A stretch of DNA of 61,688 nt, filler included, from Sphacelaria rigidula (taxonomy: Eukaryota), in the NCBI GenBank assembly GCA_964200075.2. It is 7 parts of 7 records of this genome, joined end to end, with 100 filler letters (N's around TTAATTAATTAA, not from the genome) between each part and the next. Parts side by side here need not be neighbours in the genome. Positions count along the whole stretch, not along the records: positions 44,136 to 52,862 come from CAXNAA020010264.1; positions 52,963 to 61,688 come from CAXNAA020010265.1; 5 more parts are not named here. One strand, given 5' to 3'. The translations under genes and the position numbers were made by a program. Below the pieces are notes generated by a model. That model was not told the DNA's origin and did not search any database. It saw only the letters and a list, made by a program, of their open reading frames with translations. The number at the start of each line of letters is the position of its first letter. Positions within the stretch are counted from its first letter, which is position 1. This document shows positions 50,421-61,688 of this stretch, in pieces.

Positions 50421-51674
50421 AGAGATACATATTCACGTCAGCTGCCTGATGTTCCGTGTGTAGAGTGCTTGGTCATCTTCGCCATTGCATCTGTGAGCAA
50501 CTTCTGTCGCGGTACCAACTGTATCTTTACCGCAAGATGCGCCAACCCCGGCCAAGCGGTGGGCAGGCATCGCGCGAGTACTGTCTGTACGGCACCGATC
50601 AACACGAGCCATCCAGAACAAAATCACGACGGCCAACAATAGGGAGCTAGCAGCATTGATTCGGGTATAGTCCTTTTCTCGGGATATGTCCTGTCCGGGC
50701 AGCATGGGACAACGCAATACGACGACGATAGCACGGTCTCATCTCATGCCCCGTATCCAACACCATGCAGGATACAGGAGCAAGCTAAGCGCAAATAGAG
50801 ACTGCAACGCCAACCTCGGTCGCCACAACCACACCGCAGGCAGGACAACGCTCATAGCGGAAGTTGGGTACACCAACACGTATCCAGAAAGACAAAGCAC
50901 CCCTTGTGAGGCCGCTGTTGCCCTCGATACCAAATCTCCGCAGCACGGTCCTGTACTGCGGCTGCGCGCTGCAGAACGCCGCCAAACACAAGTGTGACGG
51001 AGTCTATACTAAAACCAAGTTTGCGTTACATAATGTAGAGGGACTGGTGATCATTTAAATTTAATTCCTTCAAAATTGTGTATGCGTTGTATAATTTGAC
51101 CCGACACGTACCTATGAACCCCCCGCCTTTTACGACCACTATTTTCGCTCGAACATTTCTGACTCGCGGTCCACTCGTGCCAAATCTCTCGAAGATCGGA
51201 CGAATCATCGCCGGTTCGAATAACCAAATCTACGATTTTTGAGGCTTGTTCGATCGAAAAAAAAAATGAGCACGGGTCGACAATATCTCTAGGCAAATGT
51301 TTGCACTCTCTTCCGCGTACCTGGGGTGAGCGTATTCGGGGTTGATTTGATTTTGATTGATTGACTGAATGTCGCACTTGAACTGACTCCCCGGGGATCC
51401 AGCCGTGGTCATATGACAGACGTACTCGAAGATACAATGTTGAAAAAAAAAAAACATCTCTGCGCAAAATTTAGCACTATTCCATATGCCTGGGGTGCGC
51501 GTACCAGGGGTGAAATGCCGAAAACAAAGTCCAAGGATTGATCCGTACGGTACGAATCAACTACACAAAAAGCAAGTCATTTTCAGACGATATCGTTATC
51601 CTCCGACCCTCGAAATTCATCTCTCGACAAGCGATATACACATGAAATATTCTGGACCCCTGGGGGTCAGTTAA

Positions 51675-51917
51675 CCCTTTTGGAACCGTTGATGGAAAAG
51701 TGACGGTTTACAGATTCCCATATGCGATCTTTCGTCACCGGGAAAACGTCACTTCGAGTCCGGTGCATGAATCTGCCACATTAGTATACTTCAAGTTGGA
51801 GTGGTACACCGTTTTGGTGGGCTGCATCATCAACAGTTGCAGAAAAACATCCATATCTTGCTCAAGAGAACGTCAAAATAGAATATCATCATTTTTACAT
51901 CAACGCTTCCAAAAGGG
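51675..51917. mobile_element. piggyBac-type MITE
   Basis: TTAA|CCCTTTTGGAA.CGTTGATG ... CATCAACG.TTCCAAAAGGG|TTGA; splits an (AATC)n-family repeat at its TTAA. Confidence 0.85.
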
Positions 51918-52030
51918 TTGAAGTGTGACAATCATGAATTAAATACTTCATCGTCACTCCGCGTCAAAGAACGTCTTCTCCAACACGTCAACCACCTTCA
52001 GTACACGAGGCCTGGCTACGCCTGTCTGGG

Positions 52031-52400
52031 TGTTGTGTGTGTGTGTGTGTTGTCGTCCCATCTGTTCTGGACGCTGGTCGATATATTTCGGTACATGTGG
52101 GCGCATCACCCGGGGTCACACAGGAGAAAGGTTAGCACAGGAGCTTTCTTTTCTTTGTTTGTTTTTGGTTCTTCGCCTTTTTTCTGCGGTGCTCGCCTTT
52201 ATTCCGCTATCGCGAGAGGGGTTCGACAGTCCTTTTCCCTCGTCGACCGTATAAGTCGAAATTTGTGTACCCACGGCATAGTCGCTGTCCACTATTGGGC
52301 ATGGTGTAAGAAAAAAATTCAGATCGCTCCGAGACTTGAACCCACGACCCAACCGTCACAAGGTTTCGAGGTCACCAACTGAGCCACGGGGGCGACCGGC
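52031..52400 (-). mobile_element. tRNA-derived SINE with (CA)n tail
   Basis: A-box TGGCTCAGTTGG and B-box GGTTCAAGTCT; homolog of 34370-34725. Confidence 0.85.
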
Positions 52401-52489
52401 TATATATGTTTTCTCTGGGCAACCTACTCGCTTGAATTTTACCTCCATGTCCTTACCCCCGTGACGCATACACACTAGAAAGGACGTAC

Positions 52490-52569
52490 CCGATGAGGAG
52501 CTGAACCCGCTCCGGATCTCTGGCCCTCAGCTTGAGACGGTCAGCCATCAACACGTTGATTATCGGTAC
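52490..52569 (-). CDS. CCA1: CCA-adding enzyme exon
   Basis: VPIINVLMADRLKLRARDPERVQLLIG; CAG/GTACGT; 80 bp, phase 0-2, splices in frame to 47939. Confidence 0.8.
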
Positions 52570-52862
52570 CTGGCGTACACGCATCGGGGAAGCGAGGAAA
52601 AACGAGTAAGCAAAGCAATCGGCCCTTGAAGCTGCTTTTGTTTGCTTGTGTACATACATACGGGCATGGTCTCTGCTGAGTATCCTTCGATGGCACTGTG
52701 CCAAAGAGATGTTTACAACTTCACCAAGGCAACACCCGTGTGAAGGGTTCATGAGCTTCTCGCCCTAGCCTTCACCATGGCGTGATCTACCCCCCCCCCC
52801 CCCTCCCCCTCGAGCCTGGTCCGGCGAAAACCCGGCGTGCTCCGTCCCGGCTTTGTAGGGAT

Positions 52863-52962
52863 NNNNNNNNNNNNNNNNNNNNNNNNNNNNNNNNNNNNNN
52901 NNNNNNTTAATTAATTAANNNNNNNNNNNNNNNNNNNNNNNNNNNNNNNNNNNNNNNNNNNN
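52863..52962. other. Artificial contig linker
   Basis: 100-bp N run with TTAATTAATTAA. Confidence 0.98.
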
Positions 52963-55829
52963 TGTAGAGTAAATAAAGAAATCAAACAACGACGACGACC
53001 ACATTGAACAAGTAAATGCCGCGCAGTTGCTGGCCATGCTGTTTGTTCCTGATCCATCCGGGACCCCCTCCTACTGTTGCTGTTGCTAGGAAGGAACACG
53101 TACACAGAATTATGCTCGTCGTAAACCTAACCTCGACGACACACCGGGCATCGTTCTCGACGACGCACCGGATTAATATCGCCGTGGTATATCGCCGTGG
53201 TGCTCCCTTCAACTACAAAATCATTTCCGAGGAAAAATACTTTTGCGCCTGCAGGATACAATTTCACGTGTCGTTCATCCTCAACAAAAAGCACCATCCT
53301 CAACATAGATGATCCGCTGTTAAAAGAGAAATGCGACTTCAGCCCCATGTTAGTGTTCAACCTCAAAATTTAAAATCGGCTGTTAAATTAACTTTGCGAA
53401 ATTGGATCAATCCGGAATCAAATACCAACATGCGATTGTTTGAAATAGCGGTGGTCTCATTTGCAACGCTGGCGTCCAACGCATAAACCAGCAAAACATT
53501 CGTGGATTGCAGTCTCGTCATTCTGCGCGAGGCAGATTTTGAGCGTGCTGAATGTACGAAGACACTCGTGGCACATTGTTACGAGTATCGCGGGTGATTT
53601 TGTAGCAGCCATTGTTCAGAGTCCGTTGAACAAACTTAGCGAGGGGCATAATGGTCGCAGAGCTGACGACTCCAAATCAGTGTTCCGCAACGTTACTCGT
53701 ATCAACCCTTCGACCGCTAGAGTAGGATTTGTGATGAATCGGCATCATTTACGCCAAGCAATGAGGTAAAATAATGCTGTTTCAATAGGTCACATACCCC
53801 GACGACGGAAGGATTAATATAATGGGCCCGTCGCAAAACGCAGCAGGCAAACACACGACACAGGAATAGGAGCATCGATACACACGCATCGTTTACCGAG
53901 CGACTGCTTGTGTTTCGTATATCAATAACAAAACAGAAGTGTTTTGATACACAGGACATCAGCATTTACTTGCTTCTTTTCTCCAACTCTTCGCACCAAA
54001 AACACTTGAAATATTCATAAAGGTCGTGCATAGATTTCGCACCAGTCCGACATGTTAGTGTTTTATCCATTGATGGGACATGACTGCTGCCGAGATAGCC
54101 CCCCCACAACCGGCCAAAAAAGTGCACGAGGGCGATTATAATAAATGCCGTGAGAGCTGGTTTTGTGCTGCACGACGCGACTCATTTGGGCGTTATGGCT
54201 GATTCCGGACTGCTACACCCCTTTCATACGAGCGAAATTGCTGCAACGAGCCCAATAGTGGGATCGCAGCCGGTTCGTCAGACGGTCTCCGATGCACTTT
54301 TTGTGGGGAGGCCATCTCGGCATCAGTCGCATATAAAATCAATGCCCTCCTATTAAAAGCCCACACTCAATTAAATCAAATGTCGTGTCATCTTACGACA
54401 CCGGGGTGTGTTATGGCTCATTTCAAAATACCCCTTCAAGTCGTCGTTGAAAACAGCAACTCTGTTCGAACGCGCTTGGTACCAGTACGATACACTCACT
54501 CAAACTGCTTGACCCTATATTCACCCGAATACAAGCGCACCTCGAGTGTGACACCCATAAGGTCCCTGTTTTTGGTGGAATCAAACAGCCCCACCCTATC
54601 GTAGAACCTCTCTGCTGGACACCCAATATGGCGAGAATGTTGATCGCTAGTTGTTGACATGTGTCCAGGCGATCGAACCTGTTACCGCGGGGGTGGAACA
54701 TCCGGGTCTTCAAATGATTAAACATGATCCTAAAGTCACCACCCCGCCGATCAATGAGTTGAGCCGAGCAAGAACACAAGCGGTCAACACGAAGCCCAGG
54801 GACCTGAAATAATAATAGTAAGACAAAGAACTGCCTGCGGTCAAAGTACAAACGAAAAAACAATGCACAAGAAGACAGAAAGATTCAACTTCAGCTCGAC
54901 ACTCCAACATGATGAGGCCTACACAGCTTATTTTTTCTGTTACTCATGATCCTCTACATACATGGCGGTCAAGTTCATCGACGAAATTCTTGCCAACATT
55001 GTCCGATGGGGGCCACGCGTGTCTTCCAACAGTCTATGGCGACACGGCTGCCCAAACAGAGGGGTTCGTAGCCCCGCACGTTAGTGGGTCGAAACGCGAA
55101 CTGAAAAACAAAAGTCCGTGGCCCCGCACGCTAGTAGGTCAAAACGCGAAACGATGCCTTCGTGCGGGAGGCATCCCGCACAGCCACGGACTCGTGGCAT
55201 TTTTCCCCAACGACACGCACTAAAGTATCGGGGAGGGGTCACCTTCAACGAATACCGAACCACCGAAAAACACAGCGACCATCCATGAACAGCAAATACA
55301 TGCGCGGTCACACGAACTGATCAAACCGACCAACCGCAAGTGCGATAAGTACATCCTTGCACAGTAACATCCTGCTACATGATACTCGCACTAGCTCGCA
55401 ACACAATCTGAAATCAAACAAACGGCATGGATGCCTCCATTACACCCGTTGAAATAAAAAGAGGGGAAAGTCCTGAGATTCCCCACGTAAAAAATAGATT
55501 GAGAAAAGACAAGAGGACGCAAGGGTTACTAACAACTAGGATACCGAAGACGGGGACACCCCTCTGCTTCGAATTACTGCCAAATAAAAAAAACATACAT
55601 GCGGGAAATCAGTTCACGCCACGACGCTACCGTAGTCACGCGGGTGGGGAAGAATAAAAAAAACAGAAGCAGAAAACAGCACTCCCTTGTAGGTGACAAG
55701 AAATTCGCCAGCTGATTCACAGGTCAGCGAGAAAGAGCTGCCACACACTTTTCCAATTGGTCGAAAAAAACTGTACCACTATTCCTCTCGTGGAAGAAAT
55801 CTTGGTCGTCGGCTGACGTTATCCGTGAT

Positions 55830-55898
55830 GAGAATGTATCCTCCTCATCCCCGAGAATGTATCCTCCTCATCCCTGAGAATGTATCCTCCTCATCCCC
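55830..55898. repeat. 23-bp tandem repeat x3
   Basis: gagaatgtatcctcctcatccc(c/t). Confidence 0.95.
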
Positions 55899-58800
55899 GC
55901 AACCCTCCTACCTCCCCCCACCCCCCAAGATCCTGGGTGATCAGCCGGCGACCAAGGTTGTTTCTAAAAACCAAAAAACGTTCCGAGTTTCTCGTACAAT
56001 CAATCAAAAAAACTGTGTGGTTGTCGCTCCCCCCCCAACCTCTTTCTCTGTCCCTCTCTAGGCGTCACGTTCAACAAATATTAATAGCGCCATGTCATCT
56101 TGCCCGGAACTTCTACTGAAACTGTTACATTTGCCTAATCCTATTGACCGAACCATCACAGCTGGTGAGCTAACTTCCCTTCCCCTCTTCGAAAAAACCA
56201 AATGCGAACATATCGACCACGCATCTCTCCACACTGCAACGCGTAACTCACGCCAAAATACACGAATCACCTCGTACTCCAGTAGCGCACGTTGCCGCAA
56301 TCCCTGGAAGAAGCGTGGGTCACGGTCAACTATCTACGGTATGCGACATACACCCACAATCCTTTATTTTACATCCAAGGGAAATCTACATGAGTAGCCA
56401 CATAAAATAGTCCTAGTGCCACAATTGCCGTTTCGTGGGGAGAAATTGATTACCCGCCGTCCTTAAACTCAACCCCCTATCCGCGCGACTAAAGCCAACT
56501 TGCTCCGATTCCAGCAACTCGTCGTGAAACGCGGACATAAGCTGGCGGAACCCTCCTCATCGACAGCTGTGTCATTCGACAAGATGGCAACGCCTCGATA
56601 CCACGAGTGCCAACGCCTGTTGGGCGGAACGGGTAGGACAGGATGGGATGGCGAATTTTTCTCGCAAGGTCATGATGACCCTTGTGTTGAGATTTTTAAA
56701 ATTCCCATTATATGGGAAACACTGGTACCTAAACAACATAAATCACGACAAAAACGAAGAATCGGAAAAATAGGAATATCAATCAAAAGACACCAAAAAC
56801 AGCGAACGCCCATCACAACCCTGACAAAGACAAAAAGAGTGCCAAAAATGATACCAGGTTTGTTCCAAGCAACGAAGCTTGAAACTGGCGCCGGATGTTT
56901 CCTCTGTGGCTTCACACATGCTTGCATAGCGCACGGATGGGTATGCGGCAAAGTGCGGCAGAGCACCCCGTCGGGATCCAATTCAAGTACTTTACCTTTG
57001 TTTTATTTTTCTCTTTTCCTTTTCAAAATGAAACAAATACACGTCACCAATAAAACTCGCGACCAATATCAGGCCGCGTAATTTACCTGTCGCCGGTGGG
57101 TTTCAGGTGTTTCTGTAACACTGCATGACTCCAACCCTGCTTGTCATGCCCGAAATTATCGTCGCTAAACATGTAAATTACTTACATCACCGCCGCCGTG
57201 GCCGAGCCATTCTTCTCTACATTTCATTAACCATAAAATGAAAATGACGAACTCCCAAAAACTTCTTGGTGTAAAAAGTCTTGCACAACATGGTAAACGA
57301 ACATGCCCGTGTGCAACGGCGGAACAATACAGAGCAGTAAAAATATCCAGACAGCACCAAATGCACGGGTATCTCCCTTCCCAACGCTTCCTACTGGTGA
57401 AGTCAACGCAGCAAGATCTCCGACAGCTCCCCCAGTTCAGCAAAGACTCTTCAAACAAATACACTTCGCTTGAACTGTGAACCAACCGGCCAAGGAACCG
57501 AAGCGTCTCCCGCGGGCCACGATACCCTCTGCTCACTAACCTGCACACGAAAAACTGCGATACAAAACAAACTGTACGAAACAAAAAGAACGCGTGCTAC
57601 AACCCTCGAAAGTCACGCGAAGCAATCAGGCACGCGACGGTATTGCAACAACACCTTTACTGTACATATTACATACCGTAGGGGCACGCACGCACACACA
57701 CCAACACGGAGGACGCGCCCGGTTGCCAAAACGAAGGACGGGGAATAGAATATAAAGACAGGGCGTCCAAACGCAACGCGCACCGACCAAACATGAAAAA
57801 ATACCCAACCATGTGTGCCTTCGACCCTGCCACGAACGACACACCATCGACGACTAAAACTTCATAGCATCGCACCAAGACCCGCGCGAGCTGTGCAATA
57901 CTCCTCGCTGATTAGCCTACTCACTCCAGAGGAGCGACAAACGACTCCGCTTGTGTCTGGCAAGCTGCTGGTTCAGACGGCGAGTCCTGTACGACCACCG
58001 CCACAGCGGCCTCCTCTGCCGCCGCTTCCACTGCAGACTGATTTACCATGCCCCCGATCGACGTATCGCCCATATCCGCAGAACTCAAGAAGGCGCTTTC
58101 ATCCACGAGCGCCCCTACCGACATCGTCATCGCCGACAATAGCGGCGGTGCTTCCTCCGATCTTATTGGAGGTGGTGATGCTACCGCCAACGGGGGGCAA
58201 GGAACCTCGCCATCAGGACCACCGTCGCCGCCGGCAAGGACCGGATCCTTCTCCCCCGGTACCTCCAGCGACGTCGAAGGCGGCACCACTGCGGGTGGTA
58301 CAGCCCCTGCCTTGGGAGCAACACGAGAGCTGGCATGAGTGTTTTTCCGAACCATCAGGAACTTCGATGCCGCCGAGGTTACCGCGTTCGCCGTCGCCGT
58401 GGTGCCGGGAGAGTAGGGGACCCCGAGCGTGTCGCTGGGAAAACCAATCGCTGGATTCACCACTGAGTACGATTCATCGTCTTCGAATTCCCCGTCGCTA
58501 GCTTGTCCTTGCTGCCCTCTTCGCCTCCTTGGTATCGCCAAGTCACCGCTGCCTCTGATGGGGCTGGCCATCGCTGTACGGCTGCCGCGTCTGTGATGGG
58601 AGCCCTCTCCTTGCCATAGGTGGTCGGGACTGTCGGCGATTGACACCACGGGACGCCCCTCTTCGAGATCGGCGGCGGCTCGACGGGCGGCGGCTTTGCG
58701 GGCGGCGGGGGATTGGCGGGCGGCCGCGCGGGGGACCCGTCGCCTGACTCGGTCGTCTGGAGCGACGCTGGCGGCACCATCGCGTCCCAATTCGTCAGGT

Positions 58801-59537
58801 CTTCTCGAGTTCGCAGCCTGCAAATCCCCGACCGCCCCCAATTTTGATATGTGTTAATTCGTGAGTGGACATTTTTTACGAGAAAACGAGGTTTACAGGG
58901 CAATCCGTGTCTGTCTTCGCTGCTGTTTGCGGTTGCCGTCGCTACGACAAACACGCGGTCACAAATGTCTGGTTACTGATGTGCTACTGTAATAAATAGG
59001 ATTGTTCGGATTGAAAAAAAAGAACAGCAAGAGCAGCGCAGCAGAGGCACATATTCATCGGATCTGTCTCCGTTCCTCAAAGATCTTTGTCTGTCTTTGC
59101 CTTTGTCCTTCTCTTCGTTGATGTCCTTGTCTTTTGGGCTGATTTATCTCCCAAAACTTGATATTGTCGTGACCAGTGTGCGCGTCAAAGTAAGAGAGGA
59201 AAGACCTTGGTTATCGCAACAGCATTCTTCCCGCACAATCGAAAATGGACGCCCGTGCCAGAGACACAAATCATTACACTTGCGCATTCCCAGCACACCC
59301 CCTCTTTTGTTTCTCGATGCGCGGTGCGATGGTATTTTGTTGTATACGGGCAGTTAGTTTGCGGAGGGTGACGCAAGCGTGGTCGTACACCCACGTACCT
59401 TCGTCTCTGCCAGCAGTTTCACGGCAGCCTCGAAGGCGAAGGATTTCTGTTGCCGTCGCGACAGTTTTGCGAACGTAGCAGTTACGTCTTCTTCCTCGTA
59501 CTGCTTGGGGTTGCGGAGGGTGAGACGGGGGGAAATA

Positions 59538-59590
59538 GGGAAGGGAAGGGAAGGGAAGGGAAGGGAAGAGAAGGGAAGAGAAGGGAAGGA
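59538..59590. repeat. (GGGAA)n microsatellite
   Basis: Direct reading. Confidence 0.9.
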
Positions 59591-61279
59591 GAGGGGGGGT
59601 GTCGCGGGGCAGGGCGGGTCGAGGGTAAGGTACTCGAATTACATGCGCAGACATGTGACGACATCATGATATGTGGAATACGTCCTGAGTATCATTCCCG
59701 TAACTCGAGCATCAACCCATACAACATTCCTCGGTGGTTGACGAAACCAACTTCTTCGTATGTTCCAAAACACGGGGGGACGGGGGACTGCAATGTAAGC
59801 CAACACACTGGTATTTACTAGCAACGAATTCATACACACCGCATACGTCACCCAAATGGGTTCGCAGGACAGCCTCTGCGACTGAGAGCGAGAGAGAGAG
59901 GTTGGAGCTCCGCTCGCTCTGATTGTACCACGTATAGAGACGTGTGAACAAGTATGGTGACTCGGATTGGCCACGCTGTTTCGTGCCACACTTTCTGGAA
60001 TAATCCAAGAAGAAGGGTTGACACGGGTGTTGGTATGGATCATAGGATTCGCGGGTCGTTGACCACTACTACTCAAACACGATCCCGAGATCTGAATAGA
60101 AATCTCCTTTTCTTGTCTTGTTGATGATAGCCGTGAAAAAACAGAGAAGAAAAAAAAAGGATATGGGATTAAGATTAATTTCGAAGAGGTGAGTTCAGCT
60201 GATCAAAAATATGCCCAGGTACCCAGCAGTGTTCCAACACCATCATAATGCACATGCACAAGATGTATCACCAACCCTCATGTGGCATGCCACAACCAAG
60301 GAGCACCAGGACCAAAAACCTTCCACACGGGGGAGTAGATATGTTGGAGAATAATCTGAATACGGTACATGGTGTCGCTGCAGGGACAAACGAAGTAACC
60401 CAAGGCTGAAATATCGGACAATATTCACATGCAAGTTGCGACAGAAATATATCTTCAGGCATCAACATTTTTCGATTTCTGGACGACTGGTGATGGTACC
60501 AACACTCTTCAAATGAAAGAAAAAGGAGAAATCGGGAAGTTGTCATCGACGGTTGTGGACAAGAAGAAATCAGTACACCCCACAGAGCAAAGCACTGTCG
60601 TGAAAGAGATGTCAAGAGCTCAGTACACATAAAAAAAAGTACTGTGTGGGTGGTGTATACGGGAAGTCTCTTCCACCACGCGGTGCAAAACACATGCAGT
60701 TTTTTTCGTCTCAAGTAGGTAGCTCGTAGAACGATGGCAGGGACAGCAACAGCAAAAACAACCCCAACTAAGTTTGAAAAAGAAAAACGTACAGGACAAG
60801 AGTCCAAGTACGAGACTAGTGCCACGAACGGGGGTCCAAAATACAGACTCGTGAGGGAGAAAGAGTTAGTGAAGCCACAATAGTGGCTTTTCGTACTGAA
60901 AAATGACTCATGTGTAGAAATGTCGATGCGTTGTGTACTGAACGATCGAACCGTCTAGGTTTCCATATAAACAAGTTATGGGTGGCAGCTTCTACCTACT
61001 GTATATCGATATTGGCGTCCCCGCGTACTGAAAAGTGTTTTTAAAATTACGTGTTGTTCCGAAAACCCTACTGGCGTTTCTCAGACGTACGTCAAAACCT
61101 CGTCTACTCTCCGCGACATTATACCTCGTACCGTGCACCTTCAGAGGTCACGGATCTCATGCAATGGTCTTTCTGAGGTGGAGTCCAAATGAAGTAAGGT
61201 AGACGTCATTCTGCAATCATTTTTTTCAATACTTGTAGTCACATGGCCGACAATTGAACAGAGAAGCCCCCCCCGCCGC

Positions 61280-61619
61280 CGAAAAGGGATAGAGAGCAGA
61301 AGTCATATAGTGGCACAATGTGAACTATACAAGGAGGAACGGGACGTGCTAGAGAGAGAAATGCCGAACGCGAACGAAGGTGGCATGAAATCGTTTGATG
61401 CCTTAGACAGTAGAGAGATAGATGGTGGCCAGAAACGGCGAAACAGGACGGGAATAAGAAATGTAAAAGTTGTTTGTGTAATGTATGGAAGAAACGTCAT
61501 GAGCGCCGGAATGTTGAAGGTGTCTCTATTAGGAAAGGAACGGTGCTCCGTCTCGGAAGGGATGCGTGGTCAATGGTCACACGACCAAAGCAAGCAAAAA
61601 TGAGTACACCCCCCCCCCC
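61280..61619 (+). mobile_element. 5'-truncated family-A LINE with poly(C) tail
   Basis: Homologous to 3400-3760; ends gagtaca plus ~12 C; preceded by a C8-gc run at 61267-61276 echoing the 3' flank. Confidence 0.85.
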
Positions 61620-61688
61620 GCTGGAAGCACAGACACCAGTAGAGTATAACACAAGCACGTACACACACGCACACACACCCCAGCTCCC

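Larger units (their letters stand above)
53100..60500 (-). pseudogene. Unidentified decayed multi-exon coding region (possibly a large DNA transposon)
   Basis: Coding-like blocks alternate with T-rich intron-like spacers on the minus strand. Splice-like sites (GTGAGT ~57924, GTAAGT ~57185). Long ORFs at 57921..58841 and 58457..58954, many stops elsewhere. Confidence 0.4.

Noticed and set aside
50686-50997. Restriction-like endonuclease end of a LINE (LIAEVGYT)
   Set aside because: Only a short motif with no associated RT; too weak to call

Overview
Eukaryotic, repeat-dense DNA, most consistent with a brown alga (Phaeophyceae). This is inferred from long introns, gene style and transposon types. 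The window is not contiguous: it is seven unrelated contigs (six of 8727 bp, one of 8726 bp) joined by 100-bp N/TTAATTAATTAA linkers, so nothing should be linked across a linker. Host gene fragments are four spliceable exons of a CCA-adding enzyme, two large exons of a TPR-like + DUSP-domain (USP-type) protein, and one exon resembling EXD3/mut-7. The rest is mostly transposon debris: Ty3/Gypsy chromovirus-like elements, a Copia gag, RTE-like and RTEX-like LINEs, tRNA-SINEs, MULE and piggyBac remnants and many MITEs. The most striking signal is a set of non-LTR retroelement families ending in a conserved stem-closed RNA structure followed by poly(C) instead of poly(A). They insert at G-runs with target-site duplications (TSDs) and stack onto each other. 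The second is a set of MITEs sharing RACAC...GTGTY termini and 4-bp TSDs that I cannot assign to a known superfamily.
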